DNA from: an uncultured Gemmatimonadaceae bacterium
Lineage (GTDB): Bacteria > Gemmatimonadota > Gemmatimonadetes > Gemmatimonadales > Gemmatimonadaceae
Assembly (NCBI GenBank): GCA_963761305.1
Contig: CAVXGK010000002.1
Span: 448,001 to 512,000 of the forward strand
Direction of reading: 5' to 3'
Length of the DNA stretch: 64,000 bases
Under the pieces are notes generated by a model. It ran no database searches and had not been told where the DNA came from. It saw only the letters and a list, made by a program, of their open reading frames with translations. Each line of letters opens with the position of its first letter. Within the stretch, counting starts at the first letter, position 1. A program made the position numbers and the translations under genes. Below, one piece after another: positions 28,230 through 38,380 of this stretch.

Positions 28230-28891
28230 TCACGCTCGCCATCGACGCATCGACGTACGAAGGCGACGTCGCGCTGCTCGACGAGGGCCGCGTGCTCGCC
28301 GAGCAGGCCGCGGCCATGAAAGGGCGCGAGAGTGAACAGCTCATGCCGGCCGTCGCCGAAGTGCTCAGGCAAGCGGGCGCCAATTTGGGCGTCGTCGAGC
28401 GGGTGGTGTGCGGTGCGGGGCCGGGAAGCTTCACCAGTCTCCGCATCGCCGGCGGCATCGCCAAAGGGATCGCCAGCGGGCTGTGTCTTCCGTTGTTCGC
28501 GGCGCCGTCGCTCGCCCTGATTGTCGCCGGTGCTGAGCCGCGCGCCGGTCGCTACCTCGGCGCGCTCGACGCGCTGCGCGGAGAGTTTTACGTCGCGCTC
28601 TACGACGTCGACGATCAAGGGAACGTCGGAGAGCTCGAGCCGGCTCGCATCGTCCCGGCGGCGGATGTCGGCGCGGTCGCCCTCGAGTATCGCGCGCGCG
28701 TCGTGAGCCCGACGGAGTTCGACGGCGGCGTGAGTTCGCGCCCGCGAGCGAACGGCGTCGCGCGCATCGAAGGTCTGCTCGCGGCGCGCGGGCCGGTCGA
28801 CGTCCGGAGCTGGGAGCCGGCGTACGGGCGCTTGGCCGAAGCGCAGGTGCGATGGGAATCGGCGCACGGGCGGCCCCTGCCGCGCGGATGA
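28226..28891 (+). CDS. tsaB: tRNA t6A biosynthesis protein TsaB
   Basis: LAIDAST, GPGSFTSLRI; located between tsaE and rimI. Confidence 0.92.
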   Translation: MITLAIDASTYEGDVALLDEGRVLAEQAAAMKGRESEQLMPAVAEVLRQAGANLGVVERVVCGAGPGSFTSLRIAGGIAKGIASGLCLPLFAAPSLALIVAGAEPRAGRYLGALDALRGEFYVALYDVDDQGNVGELEPARIVPAADVGAVALEYRARVVSPTEFDGGVSSRPRANGVARIEGLLAARGPVDVRSWEPAYGRLAEAQVRWESAHGRPLPRG

Positions 28892-29346
28892 GGGTTTCGA
28901 TCGAAGCGGCGAGGCTCGCCGACGTGCCGGCGATCATGGCGATCGAGCGGGCCGTGTTCAGCGATCCGTGGTCGGCGCGATCGTTTCGCGACGCGATGTC
29001 GAACCCGTTGGCGTTCTGCGCGTGCGCGCGTCGTGACGGACGCGCGGTGGAGGGTTATGTTGTCGCGTGGTTCGTCGCCGACGAAGGAGAGATTGCGAAT
29101 CTCGCCGTCGCCCCCGACGCGTGGGGCACGGGAATCGGGCGCGCGCTGCTCGACGCATCCATCAAGGAAGCGGCGGCGCGCAAGCTGAGAGCCGTGTATC
29201 TCGAGGTGCGTGACTCCAACGCGCGCGCGCGGCATCTCTACGGCTCGCGCGGTTTCGTGGAGGTTGGACGGAGGCGGTCGTACTACCGGCGGCCAGTGGA
29301 GGATGCCATCGTGCTGCGCCGGTCGATGGAGGGCGATGGCACGTAA
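28888..29346 (+). CDS. rimI: Ribosomal-protein-alanine N-acetyltransferase
   Basis: FSDPWS, EIANLAV, LEVRDSN, RRSYY..EDA. Confidence 0.92.
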   Translation: MRVSIEAARLADVPAIMAIERAVFSDPWSARSFRDAMSNPLAFCACARRDGRAVEGYVVAWFVADEGEIANLAVAPDAWGTGIGRALLDASIKEAAARKLRAVYLEVRDSNARARHLYGSRGFVEVGRRRSYYRRPVEDAIVLRRSMEGDGT

Positions 29347-29468
29347 GCCAGGACGTGAGGTCGGCAATACAACACGTTGATGTGCGATAATTTGGTTGCG
29401 CATCAACACGGACTGGATCATACCGTGAGCGGCGAGAGCCGGACACACATTCTCGCCAGGAGGAAGCC

Positions 29469-29969
29469 GTGAGCAGGAGCCTGAACAAAGTCACCCTGAT
29501 TGGAAACCTCGGGAACGATCCCGAGGTGCGTTCGACGACCGGCGGCAGCCGCGTCGCGACCTTTTCGCTCGCCACCAGCCGTCAGTGGAACGACGCCGCC
29601 GGAGCGAAACAAGAGAAGACCGAGTGGCACCGCTGCGTCGTGTGGAGCACCAAGACGTCGAACCTCGCCGACATCGTCGAGCGGTACGTGAAGAAGGGCG
29701 ACAAGCTCTACGTCGAGGGGCGCATCGAGTACCGCCAGTGGCAGGACAAGGAAGGCCAGACGCGCTACAGCACCGAGATCAACGTGCGGGAGCTGATCAT
29801 GCTCAGCTCGCGCAACGGCGCCGGCGGCGGCGCTGATTTCGAGGGCGATTCGAGCGCCCGCCGAGCGCCAGCCGCGTCCAAGTCGAAAGCACCCGCGGGC
29901 GGTGGCGGCGACGACTTCGAGGACTTCCCGAACGCCCTGAACGACGCAGACGACGATCTGCCGTTCTAG
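29469..29969 (+). CDS. ssb: Single-stranded DNA-binding protein
   Basis: LNKVTLIGNLG.DPE, TEWHR, C-terminal DDDLPF; AGGAGG RBS. Confidence 0.97.
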   Translation: MSRSLNKVTLIGNLGNDPEVRSTTGGSRVATFSLATSRQWNDAAGAKQEKTEWHRCVVWSTKTSNLADIVERYVKKGDKLYVEGRIEYRQWQDKEGQTRYSTEINVRELIMLSSRNGAGGGADFEGDSSARRAPAASKSKAPAGGGGDDFEDFPNALNDADDDLPF

Positions 29970-29986
29970 CCAGGCGGACAGGTGAG

Positions 29987-30022
29987 CCGGTGGACAGGTG
30001 GCCTCGGCCACCTGTCCACTGG
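29987..30022. repeat. 17-bp inverted repeat (hairpin) after ssb
   Basis: CCGGTGGACAGGTGGCC-TC-GGCCACCTGTCCACTGG, with an extra GGACAGGTG copy just upstream. Confidence 0.85.
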
Positions 30023-30123
30023 TGGACACCATTACCCACGCCCAACCGAATCGTCAAACCGCAGAGGCTGGCGTCCTTCGCCGTCTCGAGAGTTGTCTTT
30101 CACGATTCGCCTGGAGTCACGCC

Positions 30124-31311
30124 ATGCTCGTGCGGCCCACCAGTCGGCAGCGCGGGACGTTCGTTCGTTCCGTTGCCGCGGCCTCGATCGCGATTGCCGC
30201 GACGCTTCCGCAAGTCCTGAACGCGCAGCAGGCGCAGCAGCCTGCGCCGGCGTCCGACACGTCGAAGACGCACACCGTCAAGCGTGGCGACACGCTCTGG
30301 GATCTCGCGAAGTCATACCTCGGCGACTCGTTCCTGTGGCCCGAGGTCTATCGCCTGAACACCGGCGTGATCGAGGATCCGCATTGGATCTATCCCGGCG
30401 AATTGCTCAAATTGCCCGGCGATCACGCGAAGGTCGTCGCTGTGGCGGAGCCGGTGTCGGACGTTCCGGCCGCCGCCGCGCCTGCGACGTCACAACCGGA
30501 AATGAACGCCGCGGCTGCGCCGCCCGAGCCCGCGCCGAGCGTACTCATTCCGCCCGCGCTCGCGCCGGTCGTCGTGCACGACACGGCGACGCCGATGTTG
30601 AAGGCTCGCGTGAGTGCGGTTCGCGCCGGTGAGTACATCGCCGCGCCGTGGGTGGATCGAGACGGCGGCCCGAAGGGGCCCGGCCAGTTGATCGAGAGCG
30701 CCGACCTTTCGGGCATCGCCGTGAACGAGAGATCGCGCTTCCAGTTGCACGACGCGGTCTTCCTCGCGCCGCCCGCGGGCGTCGCGCCGATGGAGCACGC
30801 GCTGTACATGAGCTATCGCCTCGGTCCGCTGATCGAGGACTTCGGCCAGATCGTGATTCCGACCGGCATCATCGAGGTCACCCAGGCCGGTAGCGTGGGC
30901 GAGGCGTCCGTCGGCCACGTCGTGCAGATGTTCAACGAAGTGAAGCACGGACAGAAGCTCATCCCGCTCGACAGCGGTACGGCGAACGTCCTCGGCCACC
31001 CGAGCGCCGTGTCGAACGGCCACATGGGCCATGTCCGCTGGGTGCTCGATGAGCCGGTGTTGCCGAGCCTACAGAGCTACGTCGTCCTCGACATCTCCGC
31101 TCGCGACGGCATCGTGACGGGCGACCAGATCGAGATCTACAAGGGGCGCCAGCGGCCGAACGAGAGCCACGATCTGACGCTGCCCGAGATTTCGATCGCG
31201 CACGCGCAGATCCTCCGTGTCACGCCGTTCGGCGCGACGGCGATCGTGCTGGACCAGGGACAACCGCTCGTCGAAGGGGCCAAGGCGCGCGTCGCCGCCA
31301 AGATGCCGTAA
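30124..31311 (+). CDS. Exported LysM peptidoglycan-binding protein
   Basis: Signal peptide, HTVKRGDTLWDLA..LWPEVYRLN..IEDPHWIYPG, Pro/Ala linker. Confidence 0.9.
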   Translation: MLVRPTSRQRGTFVRSVAAASIAIAATLPQVLNAQQAQQPAPASDTSKTHTVKRGDTLWDLAKSYLGDSFLWPEVYRLNTGVIEDPHWIYPGELLKLPGDHAKVVAVAEPVSDVPAAAAPATSQPEMNAAAAPPEPAPSVLIPPALAPVVVHDTATPMLKARVSAVRAGEYIAAPWVDRDGGPKGPGQLIESADLSGIAVNERSRFQLHDAVFLAPPAGVAPMEHALYMSYRLGPLIEDFGQIVIPTGIIEVTQAGSVGEASVGHVVQMFNEVKHGQKLIPLDSGTANVLGHPSAVSNGHMGHVRWVLDEPVLPSLQSYVVLDISARDGIVTGDQIEIYKGRQRPNESHDLTLPEISIAHAQILRVTPFGATAIVLDQGQPLVEGAKARVAAKMP

Positions 31312-31381
31312 GCCGCGAGCAGTCCAGCGCGAGGGCCCAGAGTGTGCGCTAAGTCGCACTAAGATGCCCTAGGCTCTCGCG

Positions 31382-32218
31382 TTGCACTACATTTGGGCGA
31401 CCGCAATGATCGCGATCGCCCATTTCGTCGCCATCTCGTGTTACCTCGGCGCCGCGGCGCTTGCCGCGGTGCCGTTCGCGCGTCCGGTGAAGGCATCGGT
31501 CGGCGGGGTCACGGCAATTCTGGCCGTCGGCGTCGCCGCTCACATCGCCGGCTTGCTCGCGTTCGGGTTCCAGTCCCGCGCCGTACCGCTCGCCGGGCTT
31601 GGTCCCGCGCTGTCGTTCGCGGGCGTTGTGCTGGCCTTCACGCTGCTCCTCGTCGAGCTGTTGGCGCGCGACGTGAGCCTGACGCTCGTTGCCGCGCCGC
31701 TCGCCGCGGTGCCGACCATTTGCGCGAACGTCATCGGCCTCACACCCGGGCGGGTCGTCGAAGAAGGCGGAGCGCGCAGCGTCTGGCTCTTCGCGCATAT
31801 CGCGTTGAGCTTCGCCGGAATCGCGGCGTTCGCGACCGCGGCCGCGGCCGGCGCCATGTATCTCATGCAACGGCGCGAGCTCAAATCGCGGCACTTCGGC
31901 ACGATCTTCCGGTTCTTTCCGCCGCTGGCGACGCTGGACCGCGTCAATCATTTCGCGGCCATCGCCGGGTGGCTCGGGCTCACGCTCGGCGTCGTTCTCG
32001 CGTCGACGTATTCGGTCGAATACCACGAGCTGAACCTGCCGCAACTGCTCTGGGGCGGCGGGGCGTGGCTGGCGGTGACGTTCCTGGCGCTCGGGCGCGT
32101 GGCCCGCGGGTGGCAGGCGCAGCGCGCCGCGAAGTATTCGGGACTCGCCTTCGTCGCCGTCTTGGTGTTGTACCTGGCGTTTCGCGTCGCGGCGCCGGCA
32201 ACGGGACAGTTCCTGTGA
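31382..32218 (+). CDS. CcsA/HemX family membrane protein
   Basis: About 8 TM helices, conserved His (FAHIAL), FPPLATLD; upstream of sirC-hemA; start may be ATG at 31406. Confidence 0.8.
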   Translation: MHYIWATAMIAIAHFVAISCYLGAAALAAVPFARPVKASVGGVTAILAVGVAAHIAGLLAFGFQSRAVPLAGLGPALSFAGVVLAFTLLLVELLARDVSLTLVAAPLAAVPTICANVIGLTPGRVVEEGGARSVWLFAHIALSFAGIAAFATAAAAGAMYLMQRRELKSRHFGTIFRFFPPLATLDRVNHFAAIAGWLGLTLGVVLASTYSVEYHELNLPQLLWGGGAWLAVTFLALGRVARGWQAQRAAKYSGLAFVAVLVLYLAFRVAAPATGQFL

Positions 32219-32827
32219 GCGCGTACCCGCTCACACTCGAGGGCGCGTCGATCTCGGCGCTCGTCGTCGGCGGCGGCCGCGTCGCGACGCGGAAGGCGCT
32301 CTCGCTGGTCGGCGCGGGCGCACGCGTGCGCGTGATCGCGAAGACGGTGACCGAAGCGCTCGAGCGGGCCGCCGCCGACAACGACCGTTTGACGCTCACG
32401 CGCGCCGCGTATTCGTCTTCTCAGATAGGCGACGCGACGCTGGTCGTCGCGGCGACCGACGACGCTGCGCTCAACGCGACGATCGCCCGCGACGCGCGCG
32501 CCAAGGGACGCTTGGCGAACGTCGTCGACGCGCCGAACGCAGGGCAACTGCACGACGCCCGCGGTGCTGCGATCCGGCGACGTCGTCGTGTCGGTGAACG
32601 CCGGCGGTGTTCCGGCGGCGGCGAAACGTATTCGCGACTCGCTCGCCGGGCGGTTCGATGCGCGGTACGCGTCGGCGGTCGAACATCTCGCGTCGCTGCG
32701 ACGATCGTTGATCGACGGCGGGCGGCGAGAGCGATGGCTCGAGGCATCGGCCGCGCTCGTGGGCGACGATTTCTGCGATCAAGTCGAGTCGGGCCGCTTC
32801 GCGGAACGGGTGGCACGATGGCGCTGA
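32215..32827 (+). CDS. Precorrin-2 dehydrogenase/sirohydrochlorin ferrochelatase (SirC/CysG N-terminal type), apparent frameshift near 32543
   Basis: YPLTL, VVGGGRVATRK, VAATDD, NVVDAP; the shifted frame continues NCTTPAVLRSGDVVVSV. Confidence 0.85.
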
Positions 32828-34125
32828 CCGTCGTCGGCGTGAACCATCGCGGCGCGTCGCTCGACGTGCGCGAGCGACTGGCGTATCGCAGCACCGAGGC
32901 GGTGCCCGCGCTCGAGGCGTTGCGCGCCGCGTCGTCGGCTCGCGAAGCGGTGATGCTCTCGACGTGCAATCGCACCGAGGTGTACGTCGTGGAGAACGAC
33001 CGCGACGCGGTCCCGAACGTGTGGTCGGCGTTCGCCGGGAAGCTCGGCCGCGACGCCTCCGAGTTCGGGTACGTGCGCCGGGACCGCGACGCCGTGACGC
33101 ATCTCTTCCGCGTCGCGAGCGGTCTCGACTCCATGATCCTCGGCGAGGCGCAGATCCACGGACAGGTGCGCGACGCGTGGGAGCTGTGCCGCAGCCAATC
33201 CGGCCCGCTGCTCAACCGGCTCTTCCAAACGTCGCTGCTGGTGGCCGGACGTGTGCGCAGCGAAACGTCCGTTTCGCGCGGCGCGGCGTCGGTCAGCTCA
33301 GCGGCCGTGCAACTCGCCAAGCAGATCTTCGGCGCGTTGAACGGCAAGCGCGCCATGGTGCTCGGCGCCGGCGAGATGGCCGAGCTGGCGCTGGAGTGTC
33401 TGGTCGATCAGGGTGTGCGCGCTGCGATCGTCGCCAATCGCACGTTCGAACGCGCGCAGGAATTGGCCGAGCGATATGGCGCTGCCGCCATGCACGTCGA
33501 CGAGTGTTGGCCCGCCCTGGCCGACGTCGACGTGTTGGTGTGTTCGACGGCTGCGCCGAGGGCGGTGGTGTCCGTGGAGCACGTGCGGCCGGCGTTGGGC
33601 ACGCGCGGTGACCGGCCGCTCTGCATTCTCGACATCGCCGTGCCGCGCGACGTGGACCTCGCCGTCCGGCGGCTCGAGAACGTGTTCCTTTATGACCTCG
33701 ACGATCTGCAGGCCGTCGTCGCGGCGAACATCGAGCGGCGCCGCAGCGACATGCCGACGGCGGAGCAGTTGATCGGCGGAGAAGTGGACCGGTATTGGGA
33801 CTGGGTCGCCGGCCTGGCCGCCGTGCCCACGTTGACGGAGATGCGCTCGCGCATGGAGTCGGTGCGCGAGCGGGAGGTGTCGGATGCGTTGCGCCGGCTG
33901 GAGCACCTCGCCCCCGCCGAACGAGCCGTGGTCGAGGAACTTTCCAGGAGCCTCATGAACAAATTCTTGCACGAACCAAGTGTTCGCCTTCGCGCCGCGG
34001 CCTCGAATGGGCGCGGCCTCGGTGTCGTCGACACCGTGCGCTATCTGTTCGGCCTGGAGCGCTCCGGCGACTCGAGCGGCGAGCGCCGCGAGTCGGCGGA
34101 TCCAGCTTCGGAGCCGCGCGAGTGA
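32818..34125 (+). CDS. hemA: Glutamyl-tRNA reductase
   Basis: GVNHR, LSTCNRTE, VASGLDSMILGEAQI, GAGEMA, DIAVPRD. Confidence 0.96.
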   Translation: MALTVVGVNHRGASLDVRERLAYRSTEAVPALEALRAASSAREAVMLSTCNRTEVYVVENDRDAVPNVWSAFAGKLGRDASEFGYVRRDRDAVTHLFRVASGLDSMILGEAQIHGQVRDAWELCRSQSGPLLNRLFQTSLLVAGRVRSETSVSRGAASVSSAAVQLAKQIFGALNGKRAMVLGAGEMAELALECLVDQGVRAAIVANRTFERAQELAERYGAAAMHVDECWPALADVDVLVCSTAAPRAVVSVEHVRPALGTRGDRPLCILDIAVPRDVDLAVRRLENVFLYDLDDLQAVVAANIERRRSDMPTAEQLIGGEVDRYWDWVAGLAAVPTLTEMRSRMESVREREVSDALRRLEHLAPAERAVVEELSRSLMNKFLHEPSVRLRAAASNGRGLGVVDTVRYLFGLERSGDSSGERRESADPASEPRE

Positions 34126-35087
34126 CCCGCCGCGCACTCGTTACCGGCGGCGCCGGCTTCATCGGCTCGCACGTCGCCGATCGCTTTCTCAGCGACGGAT
34201 GGTCGGTCGACATCATCGACAACTTGTCGAGCGGGCGGAGAGAAAACGTGGCGTCGGCCGCGCGCCTTCACGTCATGGACATCCGATCGACGGACGCGGC
34301 CGACCTCGTCGCCGGTGGATCGTTCGACGTGATCGCGCACCTCGCCGCGCAGATCGACGTCCGCAAAAGCGTCGACGACCCGGCGTTCGACGCGAGCGTG
34401 AACGTGCTCGGCGCGCTCAATCTCGTCGAGGCGATGCGGCGCGCCGACGGATCCAAACGCGCCCGCCTGGTGTTCTCATCGACCGGCGGGGCGCTGTACG
34501 GCGATCACGCCACGCCGCCCAACGCGGAGACCGTCGCCAAGGAACCCGATTCACCCTATGGCATCGCCAAGCTCGCGACCGAGCTCTATCTGTCGTATTA
34601 CGCGCGCATCCAGGGGATGGACATGGCGGCCGTCCGGTTCTCGAACGTCTACGGACCGCGGCAGGACCCGCACGGCGAAGCGGGTGTCGTCGCCATTTTT
34701 TGCCAGCGAATTCTCTCCGGGCGTCCGATCACCATTTTCGGCGACGGCATGCAGACGCGCGACTACGTCCATGTGAGCGACGTCGCAGCGGCCATGTTCG
34801 CCGCGGCCACACAATCGTTGCCGGAGCCGCGGCGCCTCGACGACCGCGCGTTCAACATCGGCACGGGCGTGCCGACGTCGGTGGTCCACCTCGCGGAGGT
34901 CCTGCGCACAGCCGCCAGCGCGACGACGACGATCGAGTTCGCGCCGAAGCGGCCCGGCGAGCAGCAGCAGTCGTTCCTCACGGTAGACAAAGCCAAGTCG
35001 CAGCTCGGGTGGACCCCGGCGATCTCGATCGACGAGGGGCTCGCCGACACGTTCCGCTGGTTCAGCGCCAACACTCGCACCGCGTGA
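34122..35087 (+). CDS. UDP-glucose 4-epimerase-like SDR
   Basis: TGGAGFIGSH, STGGALYG, YGIAK, NVYGPRQDPHGEAGVV. Confidence 0.9.
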   Translation: MTRRALVTGGAGFIGSHVADRFLSDGWSVDIIDNLSSGRRENVASAARLHVMDIRSTDAADLVAGGSFDVIAHLAAQIDVRKSVDDPAFDASVNVLGALNLVEAMRRADGSKRARLVFSSTGGALYGDHATPPNAETVAKEPDSPYGIAKLATELYLSYYARIQGMDMAAVRFSNVYGPRQDPHGEAGVVAIFCQRILSGRPITIFGDGMQTRDYVHVSDVAAAMFAAATQSLPEPRRLDDRAFNIGTGVPTSVVHLAEVLRTAASATTTIEFAPKRPGEQQQSFLTVDKAKSQLGWTPAISIDEGLADTFRWFSANTRTA

Positions 35088-35091
35088 GACC

Positions 35092-35850
35092 GTGACGATC
35101 GCACTTCTCCAGTTGCAGATGTCGCATGGGGCGGTTCCGTCGACCCCGCTGGATCTCATTCTCGACGCGACGCCGGTCACCCAGGGCGTGCTCCTCGTCC
35201 TCGTGTTCCTGTCGCTGCTGAGCTGGGCCATCATGTTCGGCGTCTGGCGTTCGCTGAAGAAGGCGGCGAAGTCGGCCGACAAGTTCTGGTCCGAGTTCGA
35301 GCACGTGTCGAGGCTCGAAGACGCGGCGACGCTCGCCAAGAAATCGAAGCCGAGTGCGCTGCCGAGGCTCTTCATGCGCGCGATTCGCTTCGTCGCCGAT
35401 GCGCGTGTGGCCAACCAGCAGGTGCTCGAGCGCGCTACCCCCGGCGGCGGCGGAGATACGCCGACGTCGGCGACGCTCAGCGGTTCGCAGATCGAAACGC
35501 TCCACCTGCTGCTCGACACCGACGCCTCCGACGAACGCGACCGACTCGGCCGATTCCTTCCGTGGTTGGCGACGATCGGCTCGGTGAGTCCGCTCATCGG
35601 ACTGCTCGGCACGGTGCTCGGCGTCATCGAGGCGTTCCTGGGCATCGCGTCGAAGGGTTCCGGCAACCTGTCGGCGGTGGCGCCTGGGGTGGGCGAAGCG
35701 CTGACGGCGACGGCCGCCGCGCTGGCTGTCGCGATCCCGGCGACGTTCGGCTACAACATTTTCGCGGCGCGGCTCAATCGCTTCGACGGCCGCATGGAAC
35801 GCTTCGGCACGGCCGTGATCGCGCTGCTCGTGCGCGAAGGTCGCATCTGA
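35092..35850 (+). CDS. tolQ: TolQ (MotA/TolQ/ExbB family)
   Basis: LATIGSVSPLIGLLGTV, VAPGVGEALTATA; first gene of the tol-pal cluster. Confidence 0.88.
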   Translation: MTIALLQLQMSHGAVPSTPLDLILDATPVTQGVLLVLVFLSLLSWAIMFGVWRSLKKAAKSADKFWSEFEHVSRLEDAATLAKKSKPSALPRLFMRAIRFVADARVANQQVLERATPGGGGDTPTSATLSGSQIETLHLLLDTDASDERDRLGRFLPWLATIGSVSPLIGLLGTVLGVIEAFLGIASKGSGNLSAVAPGVGEALTATAAALAVAIPATFGYNIFAARLNRFDGRMERFGTAVIALLVREGRI

Positions 35851-35851
35851 C

Positions 35852-36265
35852 ATGGCTCGTCGCGCCCGGCGACATCGCTACGAGCTCAACGCCGACGTGA
35901 ACGTCGTCAGTCTGATCGACGTGATGCTGCTGCTGCTCGTGATCTTCATGATCACCGCGCCGATGATGCAGGGCGGCGTGGACATCTCGCTCCCGCAGGC
36001 GCAGTCGAAGCCGCTCGAGTCGAAAGACGGGCTCGCTGTGACCGTCAACGCCAAAGGGGAGATCTTCATTGGGACGGAGAAGTTCACGCTCGGCGACTTC
36101 CGCGTCTCGTTCAAGACGGTCGCGCAGAACCGGACCCGAAACGGCGTGTATCTCCGGGCGGACAAGGGCGTCGATTATGGGCTGGTCGTTCAGATCCTCG
36201 CCATCATGAACGCCAACGGTGTCTCCAACGTCGGGCTCGTCACGGAGCCGGAGGTGATTCGCTAG
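35852..36265 (+). CDS. tolR: TolR (ExbD/TolR family)
   Basis: NVVSLIDVMLLLLVIFMITAP, LRADK. Confidence 0.88.
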   Translation: MARRARRHRYELNADVNVVSLIDVMLLLLVIFMITAPMMQGGVDISLPQAQSKPLESKDGLAVTVNAKGEIFIGTEKFTLGDFRVSFKTVAQNRTRNGVYLRADKGVDYGLVVQILAIMNANGVSNVGLVTEPEVIR

Positions 36266-36266
36266 C

Positions 36267-36989
36267 GTGAGTGTGAGCGCGATCGCCGAGCCGCGTTTGG
36301 GCGGTGGATTTGTCGCGTCGGCGCTGTTTCACGGCGCCCTGGTGGCCGCGTTCTATCTGATGCGCCCCGGAACGCCGCCGCCGTCGCCGCCGATCTACCG
36401 GGTGCAGCTGTTCGCCGCGCCGCCCGGCGAACGCGCTATCGGCGTCGTGCAGAATCAACCGGTGCCGACGCCGCCGCCCGAGACGAAAACCGAAAAGCCA
36501 AAGCCGGTGCCGAAGCCGGTCGCCACGAAGCCGGTGGCAAAGCCGGCGACGAAATCCGTTTCCGCGGTGAAGCAAGTGACGCCGACTCCGCCGGTGAAGA
36601 CCGCTCTGCCAAAAGAGGAAACGCCGCAGCCTGTGGCCGGTGGCGGTCCGACCGGTGGGAAGGGAGCCGATGTGTCGAACGTCGACACGGGCGGTCTCGA
36701 TTTCAACTACCCGGGCTACACGTCGAACATCATTCGCCAGCTGATTCTTGCGTGGGGCCAGGGCGCGCCGCGGTATGACGCTGTCGTCCGGTTCACGATC
36801 AAACGCGACGGAACCGTAGATCCCGAGAGCATTCAGCTCGTAACGCACGGCAACTACGCCAACGATCGCCGCGCGATCGGCGCCGTCGAACAGGTCGCCG
36901 ATGGGAAACTCTTCGGCGCGCTACCGCCGGGCTTTCGCGAAGACATCCTTCCGGTGACAGTTCGGTTCACTCCATCCATGTTCAAATGA
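36267..36989 (+). CDS. TolA/TonB family protein
   Basis: TM SxxxH motif (SALFHG), Pro/Lys linker, TonB_C-like end; between tolR and tolB. Confidence 0.8.
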   Translation: MSVSAIAEPRLGGGFVASALFHGALVAAFYLMRPGTPPPSPPIYRVQLFAAPPGERAIGVVQNQPVPTPPPETKTEKPKPVPKPVATKPVAKPATKSVSAVKQVTPTPPVKTALPKEETPQPVAGGGPTGGKGADVSNVDTGGLDFNYPGYTSNIIRQLILAWGQGAPRYDAVVRFTIKRDGTVDPESIQLVTHGNYANDRRAIGAVEQVADGKLFGALPPGFREDILPVTVRFTPSMFK

Positions 36990-38311
36990 TTCGCGTCGCT
37001 CCCGTTGCTCGCGTCGTTTCGCTGTTGTGCGTTGTGCTCGCCGTGTCGGCGCGCGTGCTGCGGGCGCAGGACACGACGTATCGCGGCATCTCGCTCGTCG
37101 CGAACTTCGATCCGCTGCGCGACAAGATTCCGATCGTCGTGCTGCCGGTGTCGGGCGGGTTCGGCGACTCGGTGCGCGCGATCGTGCAGCGCGACCTCGA
37201 CTTCAGCGATCGCTTCGTCGTCATTCAGATCGACAGCGCCGATCCGTCGACGCTTCGAGCGCAGGGCGCCGCGGCGGGGCTCAACTACGACGTCTTTCGC
37301 CACCTCAACGCCGCCGCGGTCGTGCAGCTGACGATGGGCGGCACGGGCGTTCACGTCGCGCTCCACGACGTCGGCCACATGCAGGTGATGAACGCGGGAG
37401 ACTTCGATCTCTCGGGCGCGGGGCTCGGTCGTGATTGGCGGCTGGGCGTGCATCGCGCGTCCGACGAGATCGAGCGGTGGATGACGGGACAGCGCGGAAT
37501 CGCCGCCACGCGCATCGCCTACATGCGCGGCCGAAACATTCGCATCGTCGACAGCGACGGCGCGGAAGAGATCACCGTCCCGACGGATTCGAACGGTACC
37601 AGTCCGGCCTGGAATCCGGCCGGGACGGAGTTGGCGTATTCGACGTTTGGCGACGCGTCGCGTTTGGTCGTGATCGATCTGGCGACCGGTCGCTCCCGCG
37701 CGTTGGCGGGGCCGACGCGGAACGTCATCTATACGACGCCGGAGTTTTCACCCGACGGCAATTCGATCGCGTTTACGCGCACCGGGGAATCGCAAGGAGA
37801 CATCTACATCGTCGACGCCAATGGCACGTCCGCGCCTCGGCGTCTCACCGTCGCGCACGGATGGCAGAACTCGAATCCGGTATTCAGCCCACGCGGACAA
37901 AGGATCGTTTACGTCGGCAACAGCCAAGGCCCGCCGGAGTTATATATTATGGACTCCGATGGAAATAACGCCGACCAACTCACGCGGTACGACTTTGACC
38001 CGAACAACTACCGGTCCGACCCCGACTGGTCTCCCGATGGGCGGCTCATTGCCTACCAGGAGATGATGAACGGCCGCTTCCAGATTCGGACCATCCCCGC
38101 GGGCGGCGGCACGCCGAAGCAACTCACTGGCGAAGGCGCGAACGAACAGCCATCGTGGGCCCCCGATTCGCGGCACCTGGTCTTCACGTCGTCGCGAACG
38201 GGCGTTCGGCAGTTGTGGGTGTTGGACACGGAATCGAACCGCGTTCGTCAACTCACCAAAGCGGAAGGTTCGCGACTCGCGGCATGGTCGGCGCGTCTAT
38301 CGGGACAGTAG
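36986..38311 (+). CDS. tolB: TolB beta-propeller protein
   Basis: Signal peptide, IVQRDLDFS, PD40 repeats (PAWNP, PEFSPDG, PDWSPDG, PSWAPD). Confidence 0.92.
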   Translation: MIRVAPVARVVSLLCVVLAVSARVLRAQDTTYRGISLVANFDPLRDKIPIVVLPVSGGFGDSVRAIVQRDLDFSDRFVVIQIDSADPSTLRAQGAAAGLNYDVFRHLNAAAVVQLTMGGTGVHVALHDVGHMQVMNAGDFDLSGAGLGRDWRLGVHRASDEIERWMTGQRGIAATRIAYMRGRNIRIVDSDGAEEITVPTDSNGTSPAWNPAGTELAYSTFGDASRLVVIDLATGRSRALAGPTRNVIYTTPEFSPDGNSIAFTRTGESQGDIYIVDANGTSAPRRLTVAHGWQNSNPVFSPRGQRIVYVGNSQGPPELYIMDSDGNNADQLTRYDFDPNNYRSDPDWSPDGRLIAYQEMMNGRFQIRTIPAGGGTPKQLTGEGANEQPSWAPDSRHLVFTSSRTGVRQLWVLDTESNRVRQLTKAEGSRLAAWSARLSGQ

Positions 38312-38380
38312 CGCAAGCACCTGAACGAGATCCTCCCCCTTCCAAATCCCCTACCTCCCTCTAGTTCTCTCTCGCAGGAG

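Noticed and set aside
31393..34125. 910-aa SirC-HemA fusion in the ORF track
   Set aside because: Artefact of an apparent extra base near 32543. Corrected, sirC ends at 32827 and hemA has its own ATG at 32818.
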